A stretch of 37,774 nucleotides of DNA, taken from positions 1-37,774 of the forward strand of contig JAQGDQ010001500.1 of assembly GCA_030141605.1 (NCBI GenBank), given 5' to 3'. Shown piece after piece: positions 1-32,456 of this stretch. The notes below the pieces were generated by a model that was given only the letters and a program-made list of their open reading frames with translations, was not told the origin of the DNA and ran no database searches. This DNA is from Tubiluchus corallicola (taxonomy: Eukaryota > Animalia > Priapulida). The translations under genes were made by a program, and so were the position numbers. Positions within the stretch are counted from its first letter, which is position 1. Every line of letters begins with the position of its first letter.

Positions 1-387
1 CATCTGAGTTACCAAGACACATTTGAATTACCTAAATCTACAATTCACTTAACGTAGGTCTACATTTGACGTGTAAAACCTATAGAGCTGTCAGTTGTTT
101 GGTCTGCTAAATGTTTACATCACGCTTGCTAAGTGAAACAGTTCTGTTTACACGACGTTTAGTCAAATGTATGTGCGGGCGTGTGAAAGGTGGAGACACA
201 CAAAACTATCTGAGTCATGACAACATATTCATCACCGTCGCAATTCATCAGTGACTTGGAAATCGTGATTACTTGTGCTTTTATCTGTATGATTTTGCTC
301 AAAATACGCATCTAGTGAGTCTAGACACTGTAGTTAATTACGGCCACACAGTCACTAGGCCGACTTGCTATCCGTTACAGTAACCCG

Positions 388-650
388 ACCTGTGAGAAAC
401 AGAATAACTGCCTGAAGCGTGCCTTTGTGTTTCTGATATCAAGTTAAAGGAAAAGTCAAGCCTTTTAGGAGGCTAAACTTATTTCAATGTTCACGAAAAA
501 TGTTAGCAGGATTTAATAACCTGTGAGAAACAATACAACTGCCTGAAGCGTGCTTTTGTTTTTCCGATATCAAGTTAAAGGAAAGGTCAAGCCTTTTAGA
601 AAGCTAAACTTATTTCAATGTTTGCGAAAAATGTTAGAAGGATTTAGTAA
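388..650. repeat. 131-bp tandem duplication (2 copies) spanning a transposon end
   Basis: acctgtgagaaac recurs at 388 and 519. Confidence 0.85.
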
Positions 651-1213
651 TGAAACTGCAATAAGCGCATCGTGTAACTAGTCGTTATTATTAACTAACT
701 ACAACTAACTATTAATTGTACTAACACGTCATAAGCATATCAATTCAATGTCATTCGTAACAATTAAATTTTTATTATAAGCAGTACTAACACTAATACA
801 CTGTAGCATAGCGCTTATAAAAAAATGTTCATCACTAACCAAAGGGCAGCTGACTAGATGACCAATTGGTCTTTCGCTGCCCTTTCTTCACATTTTTGTT
901 TCCAAATTAATTGTATTATAACTGTGCGTGTGTTACAAGATAAATAAAAAGATTATTATTATTATTATTATTAATATTATTATTATTATTAGTCAAATCA
1001 CTTTAAAGTCGCGATCACTTCAGACTTGGACGCTCTTATTTTCAATTTCCGTTCTTCTTCCAATGAGGTCATTCGTCACTGCGCACTGTCAATCTTTGTC
1101 AAAAGTACAATCAGTTTTTACAAAAAAAAATTAGATAGCTAATTTTCAGATATTTTTTCGTAAACGCTAGATCAACGAGTCACGTTTTTATTCTCGTGAG
1201 TGGTTGTATTGGT

Positions 1214-1822
1214 AGGGCACTACTTTCTCCAGGGGAGCCTAAGGCGTCCCAGGGCACTACTTTCTCCAGGGGAGCCTAAGGCGTCCCAGTGCACTGCTTT
1301 CTCCAGGGGAGCCTAAGGCGTCCCAGGGCACTGCTTTCTCCAGGGGAGCCTAAGGCGTCCCAGGGCACTACTTTCTCCAGGGGAGCCTAAGGCGTCCCAG
1401 TGGACTGCTTTCTCCAGGGGAGCCTAAGGCGTCCCAGGGCACTACTTTCTCCAGGGGGACCTAAGGGGCCCCAGCGCACTGCTTTCTCCAGGGGAGGCTA
1501 AGGTGTCCCAGGGCGCTACTTTCTCCAGGGGGGCTAAGGGGCCCCAGCGCACTGCTTTCTCCAGGGGAGGCTAAGGCGTCCCAGGGCACTACTTTCTCCA
1601 GGGGAGCGTAAGGCGTGCCAGTGCACTGCTTTCTCCAGGGGGACCTAAGGGGCCGCAGGGCACTACTTTCTCCAGGGGAGGCTAAGGCATCCCAGTGCAC
1701 TACTTTCTCCAGGGGGGCCTAAGGGGCCCCAGCGCACTGCTTTCTCCAGGGGGCCTAAGGCGTCCCAGTGCACTACTTTCTCCAGGGGAGGCTAAGGCGT
1801 CCCAGTGCACTGCTTTCTCCGA
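1214..1822. repeat. 37-bp GC-rich minisatellite, about 16 copies
   Basis: Unit agggcactactttctccaggggagcctaaggcgtccc. Confidence 0.95.
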
Positions 1823-1965
1823 GGAGGGCTATAATACTGTTAGGATGGCCGTGTCTTGAATCCAAGCTTGAGGACAGCATCCGTAAGTGCGATTCACGAA
1901 GTTGAACCAGTAACGAAACTAGTGTAACCAAAGAGAAGAAACAAATATGTAAAGAATGTACTTAC

Positions 1966-22082
<20,117 letters not shown>

Positions 22083-22099
22083 CTCATATGATGTGACTT

Positions 22100-22650
22100 A
22101 AAAACGAAACAATCTACTCTCGATAACTGCTAACCATCGTACCAATTTTACATAAAATGTAAAACAACTTTATGCAATTTTGTGAACAAAACATTACGCC
22201 GTTTTGTAAACTGAAATCGACGGTGCTATGGTGCTGTCATCTAACAGCTGAATTAGAATTGAACACAGCTTTGAACCATAGATGCAGTGCTAGAATAGTT
22301 CGCATAGTTCCGAGGCTAGGTACAGACCTAAAAATACCCTGCGTTATCTATAATATCATGCAATTTTACAAATAGATGTCCTTATGCAGATTTAATCTTT
22401 GTTATTAATAATATTTAATATGAACGCCTTCTTGCTTCTTTTTCTCCCACTCATTATAATTACAAAAATCATTAAAATTGTTAATTAAATCTACAAAGGT
22501 GAGTCCCGAAAAAATGAATAATAGACAAAGTTGGCATATGAACTCTCTTGCATGTGGCAGTCGGGTACAATACATTGCCGTCTAGTAATACGGAAGTGGC
22601 TCAAACATAGTGTATTAGAGATGATGGAGTTGAGGCCGTCAACTTACAGG
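22100..22650 (-). promoter_or_regulatory. Possible KDM2 proximal promoter or 5' UTR region
   Basis: Lies immediately upstream of the start exon; ETS-like CGGAAGTG near 22591; a gtaagt donor near 22647. Positional inference only. Confidence 0.25.
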
Positions 22651-22769
22651 GGTAGACTAGCTAACATCAAGCTGTACATTTTTAGTTTGTAGTAATGCGT
22701 CAGGTGACGTACAGGGAGCATTAGATAGTATTATTGAAAAGACAAATATCTGACAATTTAAGACAGAAA

Positions 22770-23340
22770 TTCCAAAGTGTAATGCTGTTCACATTGGTAG
22801 GAACAATCCTCGTATAACTATTTTGTTTCAGAAAACAAAACTGAATCAGTGGGTGCTGTGTGTTCTCGGTGTTATCATTTCGCAAAACTTAAAATCTAGT
22901 GCTCGTTGTACTTAAGTGTGCTAAAAAACTAGCAGAATAATTAATAATGATTTTTACCACTTATTAGACCGAATAGAGCATGAAGCATGAGTAAGACCAA
23001 TCGTTGAATATTGTGCACCAGTGTGGCATCCATATCACATGCCAGTTAGTCCATATTTCATACTCCGACAGACTAAAACTTTTCAATTTAAGGTCATTAG
23101 AAGAAATACGAATTCCAAACGGCCTTTGCACGTGTTATAAAATCAATCATAAAGAAATAGGTTTGAGGGCTGAAAAGTTTTTTACTCGCACGCAGAGTAA
23201 CTATCCGTTAAAATATTAAATACAGTTTGAACAATTTCTTCAAACCAGATCGTTCACATGATTACGGAATTCAGTTTCAGATTCTCTGACTGCTTCTCTG
23301 CTTGTGACAGCAGCAGATTTTAAATTATTCTGCAAAGATT
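22770..23340 (+). mobile_element. Decayed CR1-clade LINE ORF2 C-terminal fragment
   Basis: Remnants KCNAVHIGRNNP, RPIVEYCAPVWHP and SYSDRLKLFNLRSLEE. Confidence 0.7.
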
Positions 23341-23471
23341 ATGTTCGGTTGATCTTGATAAAAGGCACGTGCAAGCAGTTTTTCTTTTTGTGTCTCCCAA
23401 ACACTCAAGAATTTTTATTTATTCTTAATGTAATATTTTTTGGGTTCTAATGTATATTGTAATTGTATAGC

Positions 23472-25831
23472 CTCCAGGGTAGAAATAGTGGTAATATGAA
23501 AGCGATGAATTTGGGCTGATATTGCAACCTACAGGGTAGAAATAGTGGTAATATAAAGGAGATGAATTTGGGCTGATATTGCAACCTACAGGGTAGAAAT
23601 AGTGGTAATATAAAAGAGATGAATTTGGGCTGATATTGCAACCTGCAGAGTAGAAATAGTGGTAATATAAAAGACATGAATTTGGGCTGATATTGCAACC
23701 TACAGGGTAGAAATACTGGTAATATAAAAGAGATGAATTTGGGTTGATATTGGAACCTACAGGGTAGAAATAGTGGTAATATACAAGAGATGAATTTGGG
23801 CTGATATTGCAACCTACAGGGTAGAAATAATGGTAATATAAAAGAGATGAAGTTGGGCTGATATTGCAACCTACAGGGTAGAAATAGTGGTAATATAAAA
23901 GAGATGAATTTGGGCTGACATTGCAACCTACAGGGTAGAAATAGTGGTAATATAAAAGAGATGAATTTGGGCTGATATTGCAACCTACAGGGTAGAAATA
24001 GTGGTAATATAAAAGGGATGAATTTGGGCTGATATTACAACCTACAGGGTAGAAATAGTGGTAATATAAAAGAGATGAATTTGGGCTGATATTGCAACCT
24101 ACAGGGTAGAAATAGTGGTAATATAAAAGAGATGAATTTGGGCTGACATTGCAACCTACAGGGTAGAAATAGTGGTAATATAAAAGAGATGAATTTGGGC
24201 TGATATTGCAACCTACAGGGTAGAAATAGTGGTAATATAAAAGAGATGAATTTGGGCTGATATTGCAACCTACAGGGTAGAAATAGTGGCAATATAAAAG
24301 AGATGAATTTGGGCTGATATTGCAACCTACAGGGTAGAAATAGTGGTAATATAAAAGAGATGAATTTGGGCTGATATTGCAACCTACAGGGTAGAAATAG
24401 TGGTAATATAAAAGAGATGAATTTGGGCTGACATTGCAACCTACAGGGTAGAAATAGTGGTAATATAAAAGAGATGAATTTGGGCTGATATTGCAACCTA
24501 CAGGGTAGAAATAGTGGTAATATAAAAGAGATGAATTTGGGCTGATATTGCAACCTACAGGGTAGAAATAGTGGTAATATAAAAGAGATGAATTTGGGCT
24601 GATATTGCAACCTACAGGGTAGAAATAGTGGTAATATAAAAGAGATGAATTTGGGCTGATATTGCAACCTACAGGGTAGAAATAGTGGTAATATAAAAGA
24701 GATGAATTTGGGCTGATATTGGATCCTACAGGGTAGAAATAGTGGTAATATAAAAGAGATGAATTTGGGCTGATATTGGATCCTACAGGGTAGAAATAGT
24801 GGTAATATAAAAGAGATGAATTTGGGCTGATATTGCAACCACAGGGTAGAAATAGTAGGTAGAAATAGTAGGTAATATAAAAGAGATGAATTTGGGCTGA
24901 TATTGCAACCTACAGGGTAGAAATAGTGGTAATATAAAAGAGATGAATTTGGGCTGATATTGCAACCTACAGGGTAGAAATAGTGGTAATATAAAAGAGA
25001 TGAATTTGGGCTGATATTGCAACCTACAGGGTAGAAATAGTGGTAATATAAAAGAGATGAATTTGGGCTGATATTGCAACCTACAGGGTAGAAATAGTGG
25101 TAATATAAAAGAGATGAATTTGGGCTGATATTGCAACCTACAGGGTAGAAATAGTGGTAATATAAAAGAATAATCTGATATTACCTCAGAAAAAGTTATA
25201 AAAAGATGAATTTGGCTGATATTGCAACCTACAGGTAGAAATAGTGGTAATATAAAAGAGATGAATTTGGGCTGATATTGCAACCTACAGGGTAGAAATA
25301 GTGGTAATATAAAAGATGAATTTGGGCTGATATTGGATCCTCAGGGTAGAAATAGTGGTAATATAAAAGAGATGAATTTGGGCTGATATTGGATCCTACA
25401 GGGTAGAAATAAAAGAGTAATATATACCAAAAAAAAAAAAGAGATGAATTTGCTGATATCCTCAGAAATAGTAGTAATATAAAAGAGATGAATTTGGGCT
25501 GATATTGGATCCTACAGGGTAGAAATAGTGGTAATATAAAAGAGATGAATTTGGGCTGATATTGGATCCTACAGGGTAGAAATAGTGGTAATATAAAAGA
25601 GATGAATTTGGGCTGATATTGGATCCTACAGGGTAGAAATAGTGGTAATATAAAAGAGATGAATTTGGGCTGATATTACAACCTACAGGGTAGAAATAGT
25701 GGTAATATAAAAGAGATGAATTTGGGCTGATATTGGATCCTACAGGGTAGAAATAGTAGTAATATAAAAGAGATGAATTTGGGCTGATATTGGATCCTAC
25801 AGGGTAGAAATAGTGGTAATATAAAAGAGAT
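23472..25831. repeat. 57-bp tandem array, about 41 copies
   Basis: Unit gatgaatttgggctgatattgcaacctacagggtagaaatagtggtaatataaaaga. Confidence 0.95.
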
Positions 25832-26523
25832 TTTGATTTTGCTGTATGTCAGAATATTTGTTTTTGTAGTAAACAATAACACATTAATCCACTAACAATA
25901 CATTTATTTATTTACCATTTATTGATATTTATTATAGCCTTGTTATAGCACACTTGCACAACATACAAAAAGAAAAATGGATACAACGGCTCCAAAGGAA
26001 CGGAAGTGCAACTATAATTTAAACCGTGATAAGTTTACATAAATTACACTCGCAAAAATTGAGAGACTAATTTGACTATTACAATTTCGATTGTTCAACT
26101 TCTAAAAAAGAATGAATGAAATTTACAAGTACGTAGGAAGATGAGACAGTACCGTTGTCTGAAGCTGTTATTTTCATGAGTATCTAAAAAGTCTAATAAA
26201 AAGTGTATACAGTATTCATGTTATCATTAACAATACTATATTCACATTAACTGATATCTAGTAAAACTCTCTTCAAACTCGAATTACGTGATCTAGAGCA
26301 GTTGTACAAGTTTTTAACAAACTGTAAGTTAAATCCTAGAATGGAACAAACAGATAAGTTCGCGTTAGGCGCAAAGAAGTTGATTTATATCAGTAGTAGC
26401 AGCCACCTATGTCACCAACAGAAACACACCGATGACAACAACAGCAGTAGGCCTAAGCTGTAAGCACTAGGAAGACATCCATGTTAACGTCAATAGCAAG
26501 TCTATATTAAACAAGAACAAGGT

Positions 26524-27134
26524 GTGTTCATTGTTTTATTACGTCACGTTGTGCCCTGTTGTTGCTGCGCTTGTACCTGCCAACATATAATGAACTGCAT
26601 TGTTCATTCATACCATTGGATGCATCTTAAATGTACAAATTTAAGTTTGACGACCGATTACAACAATTTAACTGACAAGAATGATAATTGGTTCTGTCAC
26701 TTTTGTCTGCAAACTATTCTGCCCTTTAACAATATCACTGATGACGATGAATTCAAATTAATCACTAGGTATTCTAATATTGGATCTATAATAGACAATA
26801 AATTACTTAATTTAAATTTATTTGAAAGAAATGACATATTCGACAGTCTGCTCTTTACCGATCTCCGTTGTTTTTTTTATCACACGATTCATTTAAATTT
26901 TCAGATTATTTTCATTACTCTTTTTTCTTTCATTGTGTGGGACAATCTAACCAGCCCTGCTTTTTGATTGCCCGCAACACATTTACATTCGTATATAGGT
27001 GAACAGTGTTTGAGGCTTTTCCTGTGCAGTATTTCTTATTTGTATTATGTTCATTGTAGGCCCTTTCACTAGATATTGTACATGAAACTATTGTAAATAT
27101 GTAATGTGACATAAATGACTTATGACTTATGACA
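26524..27134 (+). mobile_element. Internally deleted CR1/L2-type LINE: PHD-finger remnant joined to a 3' UTR
   Basis: HWMHLKC...WFCHFCLQTILPFNNITDDDEF resembles the PHD-containing segment of invertebrate CR1/L2 elements; ends in a (TGACTTA)n tail. Confidence 0.65.
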
Positions 27135-27779
27135 AATCAGGAATAGATCAGCTGGTGCGTGCTGAAGTTTTGATCATAATATTTTCAGAAGAAAGTAACT
27201 GAATTGCTTGTAAATTACTGTACTGATGTCACAACTGGGTATGAATAAAAATTTCAGGTCTTTCCTTTAGATTTTTCTAAATGATCAAAAATTTTATAAC
27301 AACAAATCAAAAAAATAAATGCCGGAAATAATTTTGCCTGTCAATAGTGTTAACATTCACTACTAGTACTCTGTGTGTCCACCATTTCCTTCCAATTATT
27401 GACATTGTTTTACTTCTATAAGGGGTATTTGGTCCCAGCAATTTTTGCCCTTAGTTTCTCTAAATCAAAGAACTCTAAATCATTTGCGGCCTCCTGTACT
27501 TTTTCTATGAATCTCAGATATCGTATTTCATAGCATTTAATTCCACTTTTTTCATGACCACAAATTTTTATTAATAATTTATTTTCTGTGGCGAAGACCG
27601 TGATGTAAAAACTTTGATTTCTTTATTGTTTCGCAGTATTATTGCATGGAAGGTGCATTAATTTTTTACAAACAAAATTGAATATAATCTTGTTCTTACA
27701 TTTTCGGGAAAAACGAAACGTAGATAATTAAGATTCCATGCGCTAGCATTGGTACTGAAAGAGCAAAATATTGAAATTG

Positions 27780-27850
27780 TGAGCCAGCCACGACTCGAAC
27801 CTAGAACCTCGTGCTTCAAGAAAGAAGCTAATCACTTGAGCAGACTTTTT
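27780..27850 (-). mobile_element. Possible decayed tRNA-derived SINE head
   Basis: B-box GGTTCGAGTC on the minus strand; similar remnants near 36495 and 33960; no full cloverleaf. Confidence 0.3.
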
Positions 27851-27975
27851 GGACAGTTGTTTTAGCGCGTACACTTGTGGTGTTGGCCTTAGCTGAAAGC
27901 AATTTAAGCGACTGCCTAGCTTCTTGGTCCATTGACTAATATGTAGTAGTGCTGGTATCTGACTCTACTTACATA

Positions 27976-28071
27976 TTACACGCAGGAGCAAAACTGCGGA
28001 CACAAACCCAGAGTTCTGCATAGGTGAGGGTCAATTGGGTCGTCTGCTTCCACAATAGCTGAAGTCAGCAC
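27976..28071 (-). CDS. Putative peptide exon 2 (VLTSAIVEA/DDPIDPHLCRTLGLCPQFCSCV*)
   Basis: 99-nt exon-like segment 27973-28071 with acceptor catttccag and donor gtaagt. Its phase-0 frame gives a hydrophobic stretch, a V-E-A cleavage site and four Cys, with the stop 3 nt before the donor. Confidence 0.5.
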   Translation of the reverse strand: MLTSAIVEADDPIDPHLCRTLGLCPQFCSCV

Positions 28072-28277
28072 CTGGAAATGTTTAAAGTTTAGAACCGTTG
28101 TTGTTATGACGTCACATATTTAATGCTTTGAGTCCCCATCATCAGGGCCGGATTTATATGGTGGCATAAGGGCCAATTGTGCCCCGAGGACCACAAGCTA
28201 ACGACTTTCTTTATAAAAATGTAATAATTATAAAATTAGCCTTTGCTAAGCTCAGGTCATATTTCAGTTCATCTTAA

Positions 28278-28732
28278 CCCTTTCAGTCCCAAATTATTTT
28301 AATAAGAAAAATTTTTTGATTTGGTACTTTTGTTCAGTATGTCCATCTTGTTTACACATAATAATTATTTTTTCTACCTGTGCCCACGTGGTAAATATAG
28401 CCTGTATCCCACGGGATACATTGGGATTCAATGGAAGCATAAAATGTTCTTCATTTTGCAACTGCTGATAATTTGTTAAAGTATTTAAGACATTTAGTAT
28501 TCATGCTATGCTGATCTGTACAAAGTCGTCTCTAAAGTACTGTACCTTGCGCAGTTTTTTATGCTATGTAGATTTTCTAGTTTATCATTTTATCACCATT
28601 TTTAGTCTATTGTTATTGGCTTAAATCAAAATAACTATTAACAGATCAAATAACTCCAAGTTTTAAAATTTTATTAATTTTAAAGGCAAAAAATATTCTT
28701 GTATCCCACGGGATACAACGGGTATGAAAGGG
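28278..28732. mobile_element. piggyBac-type MITE
   Basis: TTAA|CCCTTTCA...TGAAAGGG|TTAA; two internal GTATCCCACGGGATAC palindromes. Confidence 0.9.
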
Positions 28733-29025
28733 TTAAAGAAAATGCACGAAAACACATATGTCAAATAACAACATTCTTTACAACACGAATGTTTTCCCCT
28801 GGGGCCGTTAAAATTCAATATTTCGTACGAAAATCTATGATATATTCACAACAAGTTTAACAGAATGTTCTTTAGTAAACAACTTTTCAGATATCAGGAT
28901 GTCGTCCTACCTTAGGGTCCGATATTTATGTTGTTAATTTATAAAATCATCCTTCTTGGGTGGTTATACATATTCATTTAACAGGCCAGGCGCTTTTACT
29001 GCAGGACGAACGGCTTGCTGATATG

Positions 29026-29279
29026 CAGGGCCTATTTCAGCTTAGGCGAGGCCCGGGGAAGTGGGGCGTGTGAGGCCCCATCGGGGGGAGGGGAGGCGAG
29101 CGCTACCATGGTTGGCGCCCAGAAAATTTTTGAACTGCTAGAACGCCGGAGAAGCATTTTCGAAGAGAAAATATGGAGTTATACAGTTGTTAAAGGAAAG
29201 AACAATTGAAAGAAAAACTGTTTTATTCTCAAGACCAGTCCTTAATACTTGTCAATACTGGCAAACAGCGCACGTGCGG

Positions 29280-29347
<68 letters not shown>

Positions 29348-29446
29348 AGAGAGGAGGCAGTATGTTCGCATAAAACAAAAAAAAGTTACCTTGGCGCGAG
29401 GCCCCGGGGAAGTATCCCCACTCCCCCCCACTTGAAATAGGCCCTG
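29026..29446. mobile_element. hAT-type MITE containing a (GA)n microsatellite
   Basis: TIR CAGGGCCTATTTCA...TGAAATAGGCCCTG; 8-bp TSD ctgatatg/ctgatatc. Confidence 0.85.
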
Positions 29447-29996
29447 CTGATATCCTCCCAGTTTATTTGAGCATGACGTTTGCTAGTTTTTCAGGAGGAA
29501 AGTCAGTAGACTGGCACTGATAAAGAATTATCTGAGAACCATGATTGACGTGAAAGATTGAGTGCTCTGTACCTGCTCAATGTCACAGCAGTGCCTCGTG
29601 TGATACAGTTTGATGAGTTAGTTATTTTGCAGATGCTAGGTGTAGAAAGAATGATTTTTTTGTACATATTGTAGTGTAATGCATAAGTGTGACGTATGAA
29701 TCGTCAGTTCATATGTACAATACTATGTCGGCTACCTATGTACAATAATAACAGCATCTCAAAAAAAACTTGGGCACTTAATTTCCTTACATAAATATTG
29801 AAATATTTTGATTAAAGAACAATACCCACAGTTATAGGCAGCGCCAGGAACATATTTTCGACTTTCTCTAGTATAGTGCTATCCATTTTTATTGAATCAG
29901 TGTCATTTTAAAGTTAAGTTGTTGGTCATGATTAGAAGCAGGAAATTTAGTTTTTTTTGTTCTTTGGCTCCGCTTTCATTTGGTATGGCTAGAATA

Positions 29997-30062
29997 TTAT
30001 CTTATACCACAACACTTCGTGGCTGACCAGTCATTTAAATCACTATGGCCCTCTATTACAAA
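29997..30062 (-). CDS. Putative peptide exon 1 (FVIEG/HSDLNDWSATKCCGIR*)
   Basis: Follows a 102-nt gtaagt...cttcaattttcag intron; I-E-G resembles a signal peptidase site; AATAAA at 29888-29893. Confidence 0.5.
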   Translation of the reverse strand, partial: FVIEGHSDLNDWSATKCCGIR

Positions 30063-30164
30063 CTGAAAATTGAAGCGGTAAAAAAAATTAAAAAATCGGC
30101 CATATGTCTGTTTAACTAGTGTTCTATTGCTATTAATAATTAAGCCATTAAATATTTGACTTAC

Positions 30165-30221
30165 CATACAGATCAATATGTAAAGCATAAACAGCAGAGT
30201 GAGTATTTTTCTGTAATCCAT
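30165..30221 (-). CDS. Signal-peptide exon of a putative small secreted peptide gene (MDYRKILTLLFMLYILICM)
   Basis: Acceptor tttcctactctag at 30233-30234; strong Kozak context atcATGG; basic N-region followed by a hydrophobic core; consensus donor gtaagt, phase 0. Confidence 0.6.
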
Positions 30222-30562
30222 GATGTAACAACCTAGAGTAGGAAATTGATAACTGAAAGTATAGCAATATTATGTAGCATGTAATGTACTGTGACATGCT
30301 TAATACAACAAATTAGTGAGCATGTACAAGCCTGTCACTGTATAATAAACTACTGTAGTTAGTTACTATCTACACCTTATGTTGATTTAGTTTAGAATTG
30401 AATTTATGACTTTATTGCACGTCCCCAATTTCTGCTGCGCACTTTTCACGTGCACACACTTGGCTAGATTTTTTGGCTTGGCTAGGCTTGATTTTTCATC
30501 AGAAATTTTCAACTCTTTTTTCATTGAATTCATCATCTTCATTACTATAACTCTAGTCTGGT

Positions 30563-30603
<41 letters not shown>

Positions 30604-31137
30604 ATCATATTAATAATAATAATATATAATAATATATATAATATATATTATAATAGATTTATTTGGCAATAAACATATACATATACATTACATGTGCATC
30701 GATAATCAGTTTTTGTTAATACAATAATATGATACAATTGATCAATTCTGCCTTTAGAATTCGACCTAAGAAGCTAGCTTATGGTAGGCCACTAGAATTA
30801 TTTACGAAAAAAATTTACAATATATACTGATACAATATTACAATATATACAAATATTAATACGGGTGGGAAGTAATAAAAATATTATTATACTAGAGGGG
30901 AAGTTTTTGAAAATGAAAAACAACAAATCATGATTGAGTGATCAGTTATATGTTTCAAGTAAGTTTAATTTGTAATTTTTTTGTAATCTTAGGCTTCGTT
31001 AGCCTTCGATTTTTGTAGGTTTATCCGCCATAGTTAGAGAAATGCTAGAACGTTAGTCGCGAAAAATCATATATTGAAAAGACAATAACGCAAAGCAGTT
31101 CGTTTCACTAAATTGAAGTATTGCATACTTAAGCCAT

Positions 31138-31370
31138 ACACACACGCACGCGCACGCGCGCACGCGCGCACGCACGCACGCACACACACACACACACACA
31201 CACTGTGTTATTACTTATGCTAAAGCTAAACTAAAAAATTACTTCCAAAATTTGGCGTCCTGGACAACTGCGAATGATCGAACAAACGAAGGAACGGACG
31301 AACGAACGAAGGAACGGACGAACGAACGAATGAACGGACGAACGAACGAATGAACGAACGAATGAATGAA
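31138..31370. repeat. (CA/CG)n and (GAAC/GAAT)n microsatellites
   Basis: Direct reading; others include (TA)n at 30566-30600 and (CA)n near 16770-16798. Confidence 0.9.
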
Positions 31371-32019
31371 TTTGACTTGCATCAACATGCACAAAGGAAA
31401 ACTATTAAGTACCTTAAGAAAAACCTACTTCTCTGTTTTTCTTGAACAAATCTTCAAGACGTTAAACCTGCGTTGTGATTCTTCAAAAGACAAACAGATA
31501 CATGTGTAAAAATCCGTTTTAGTTCCTATAACTTTTACGAATTATAATAGTTTTTTCATAGAAATTCGACAATATTTTGTTTAATACGTTTAAATTTGTT
31601 CACAGATTTATTCCCGTTTATAAATTTCAAAATTCCATTTAAAATGTAGTAATAATAATAAAATGCAGTAATAGTAATAAAATGTAGTAATAGTGATAAA
31701 ATGTAGTAATAGTCATGCCCGAAGACAAAGTGAAAGAAATTATCGTTCGCATCCACAACATACACACTAATTCAGAATTTATATATCCACGGCCATATTA
31801 ATTAAATCATAATTTTTCATTTTTTTGTGCATAGTTGTAAATATTGGACTGCTGTCCGCTTTTAACGGAGGCAGGACGGATGGCACCGCGGCCCACACCT
31901 TGCGGCATGTCCCAATTAAATCGTTCAACGCCTCACCCAAAAACAAAACCCGAACAATAAACTCGAAATGACAATTTATTACTAAACATCACGCCCCCAA
32001 TAAAGAACAAACAGCTTAC

Positions 32020-32112
32020 CTAGAAGAACGGAGTTTGCGGCAATGAAGAACACGACCACTGACGAGTGTCAACAGCAGACCTTCCCTTTTTATAAGTTCG
32101 GGTGTGCACGTG
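32020..32112 (-). promoter_or_regulatory. Pol II core promoter and short non-coding leader exon
   Basis: On the minus strand: GTCACGTG E-box (CACGTG at 32107-32112), TATAAAAAG (32094-32086), Inr-like TCAGT near 32060, then TAG|gtaagc donor at 32019. Confidence 0.6.
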
Positions 32113-32253
32113 ACTAGTTGCCCTGACTGATTCGGATAATAAAATTCGGATAATAATCTGACGCCATTAGTGATGCCCGCAGGTAAAACTTATTGTCATA
32201 AATCGCCAATTGGTTTATGTCACTGTGTAGGCTACAAGTATTAACATGTACAT

Positions 32254-32456
<203 letters not shown>

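Noticed and set aside
1-1965. Further KDM2 exons (PHD, F-box, LRR)
   Set aside because: I found no matching Cys pattern or spliceable frame; they probably lie beyond the window start.
25160-25480. Scrambled units inside the 57-bp array
   Set aside because: Clustered indels and homopolymer runs look like consensus or assembly error rather than a biological insertion; raw reads would be needed.
23447-25882. Long ORFs of (LQYQPKFISFILPLFLPCR)n
   Set aside because: They result from a 57-bp unit lacking stops in one frame; they are broken by indels and have no credible start or splice context.
26524-26967. PHD-like ORF as the missing KDM2 PHD finger
   Set aside because: It is on the wrong strand and upstream of the gene, is degenerate, and is followed by the LPFNxIxDDDEF-type motif and a LINE tail.
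27780-27850. tRNA gene
   Set aside because: Only a B-box-like motif is present, with no acceptor stem or anticodon arm.
30285-30330. ACATGCT...AGCATGT hairpin as a miRNA precursor
   Set aside because: The stem is too short and interrupted for a pre-miRNA, and I recognise no mature sequence.
30999-31031. MADKP start resembling beta-thymosin
   Set aside because: Only five residues match; there is no LKKTET motif and no donor to extend the frame.
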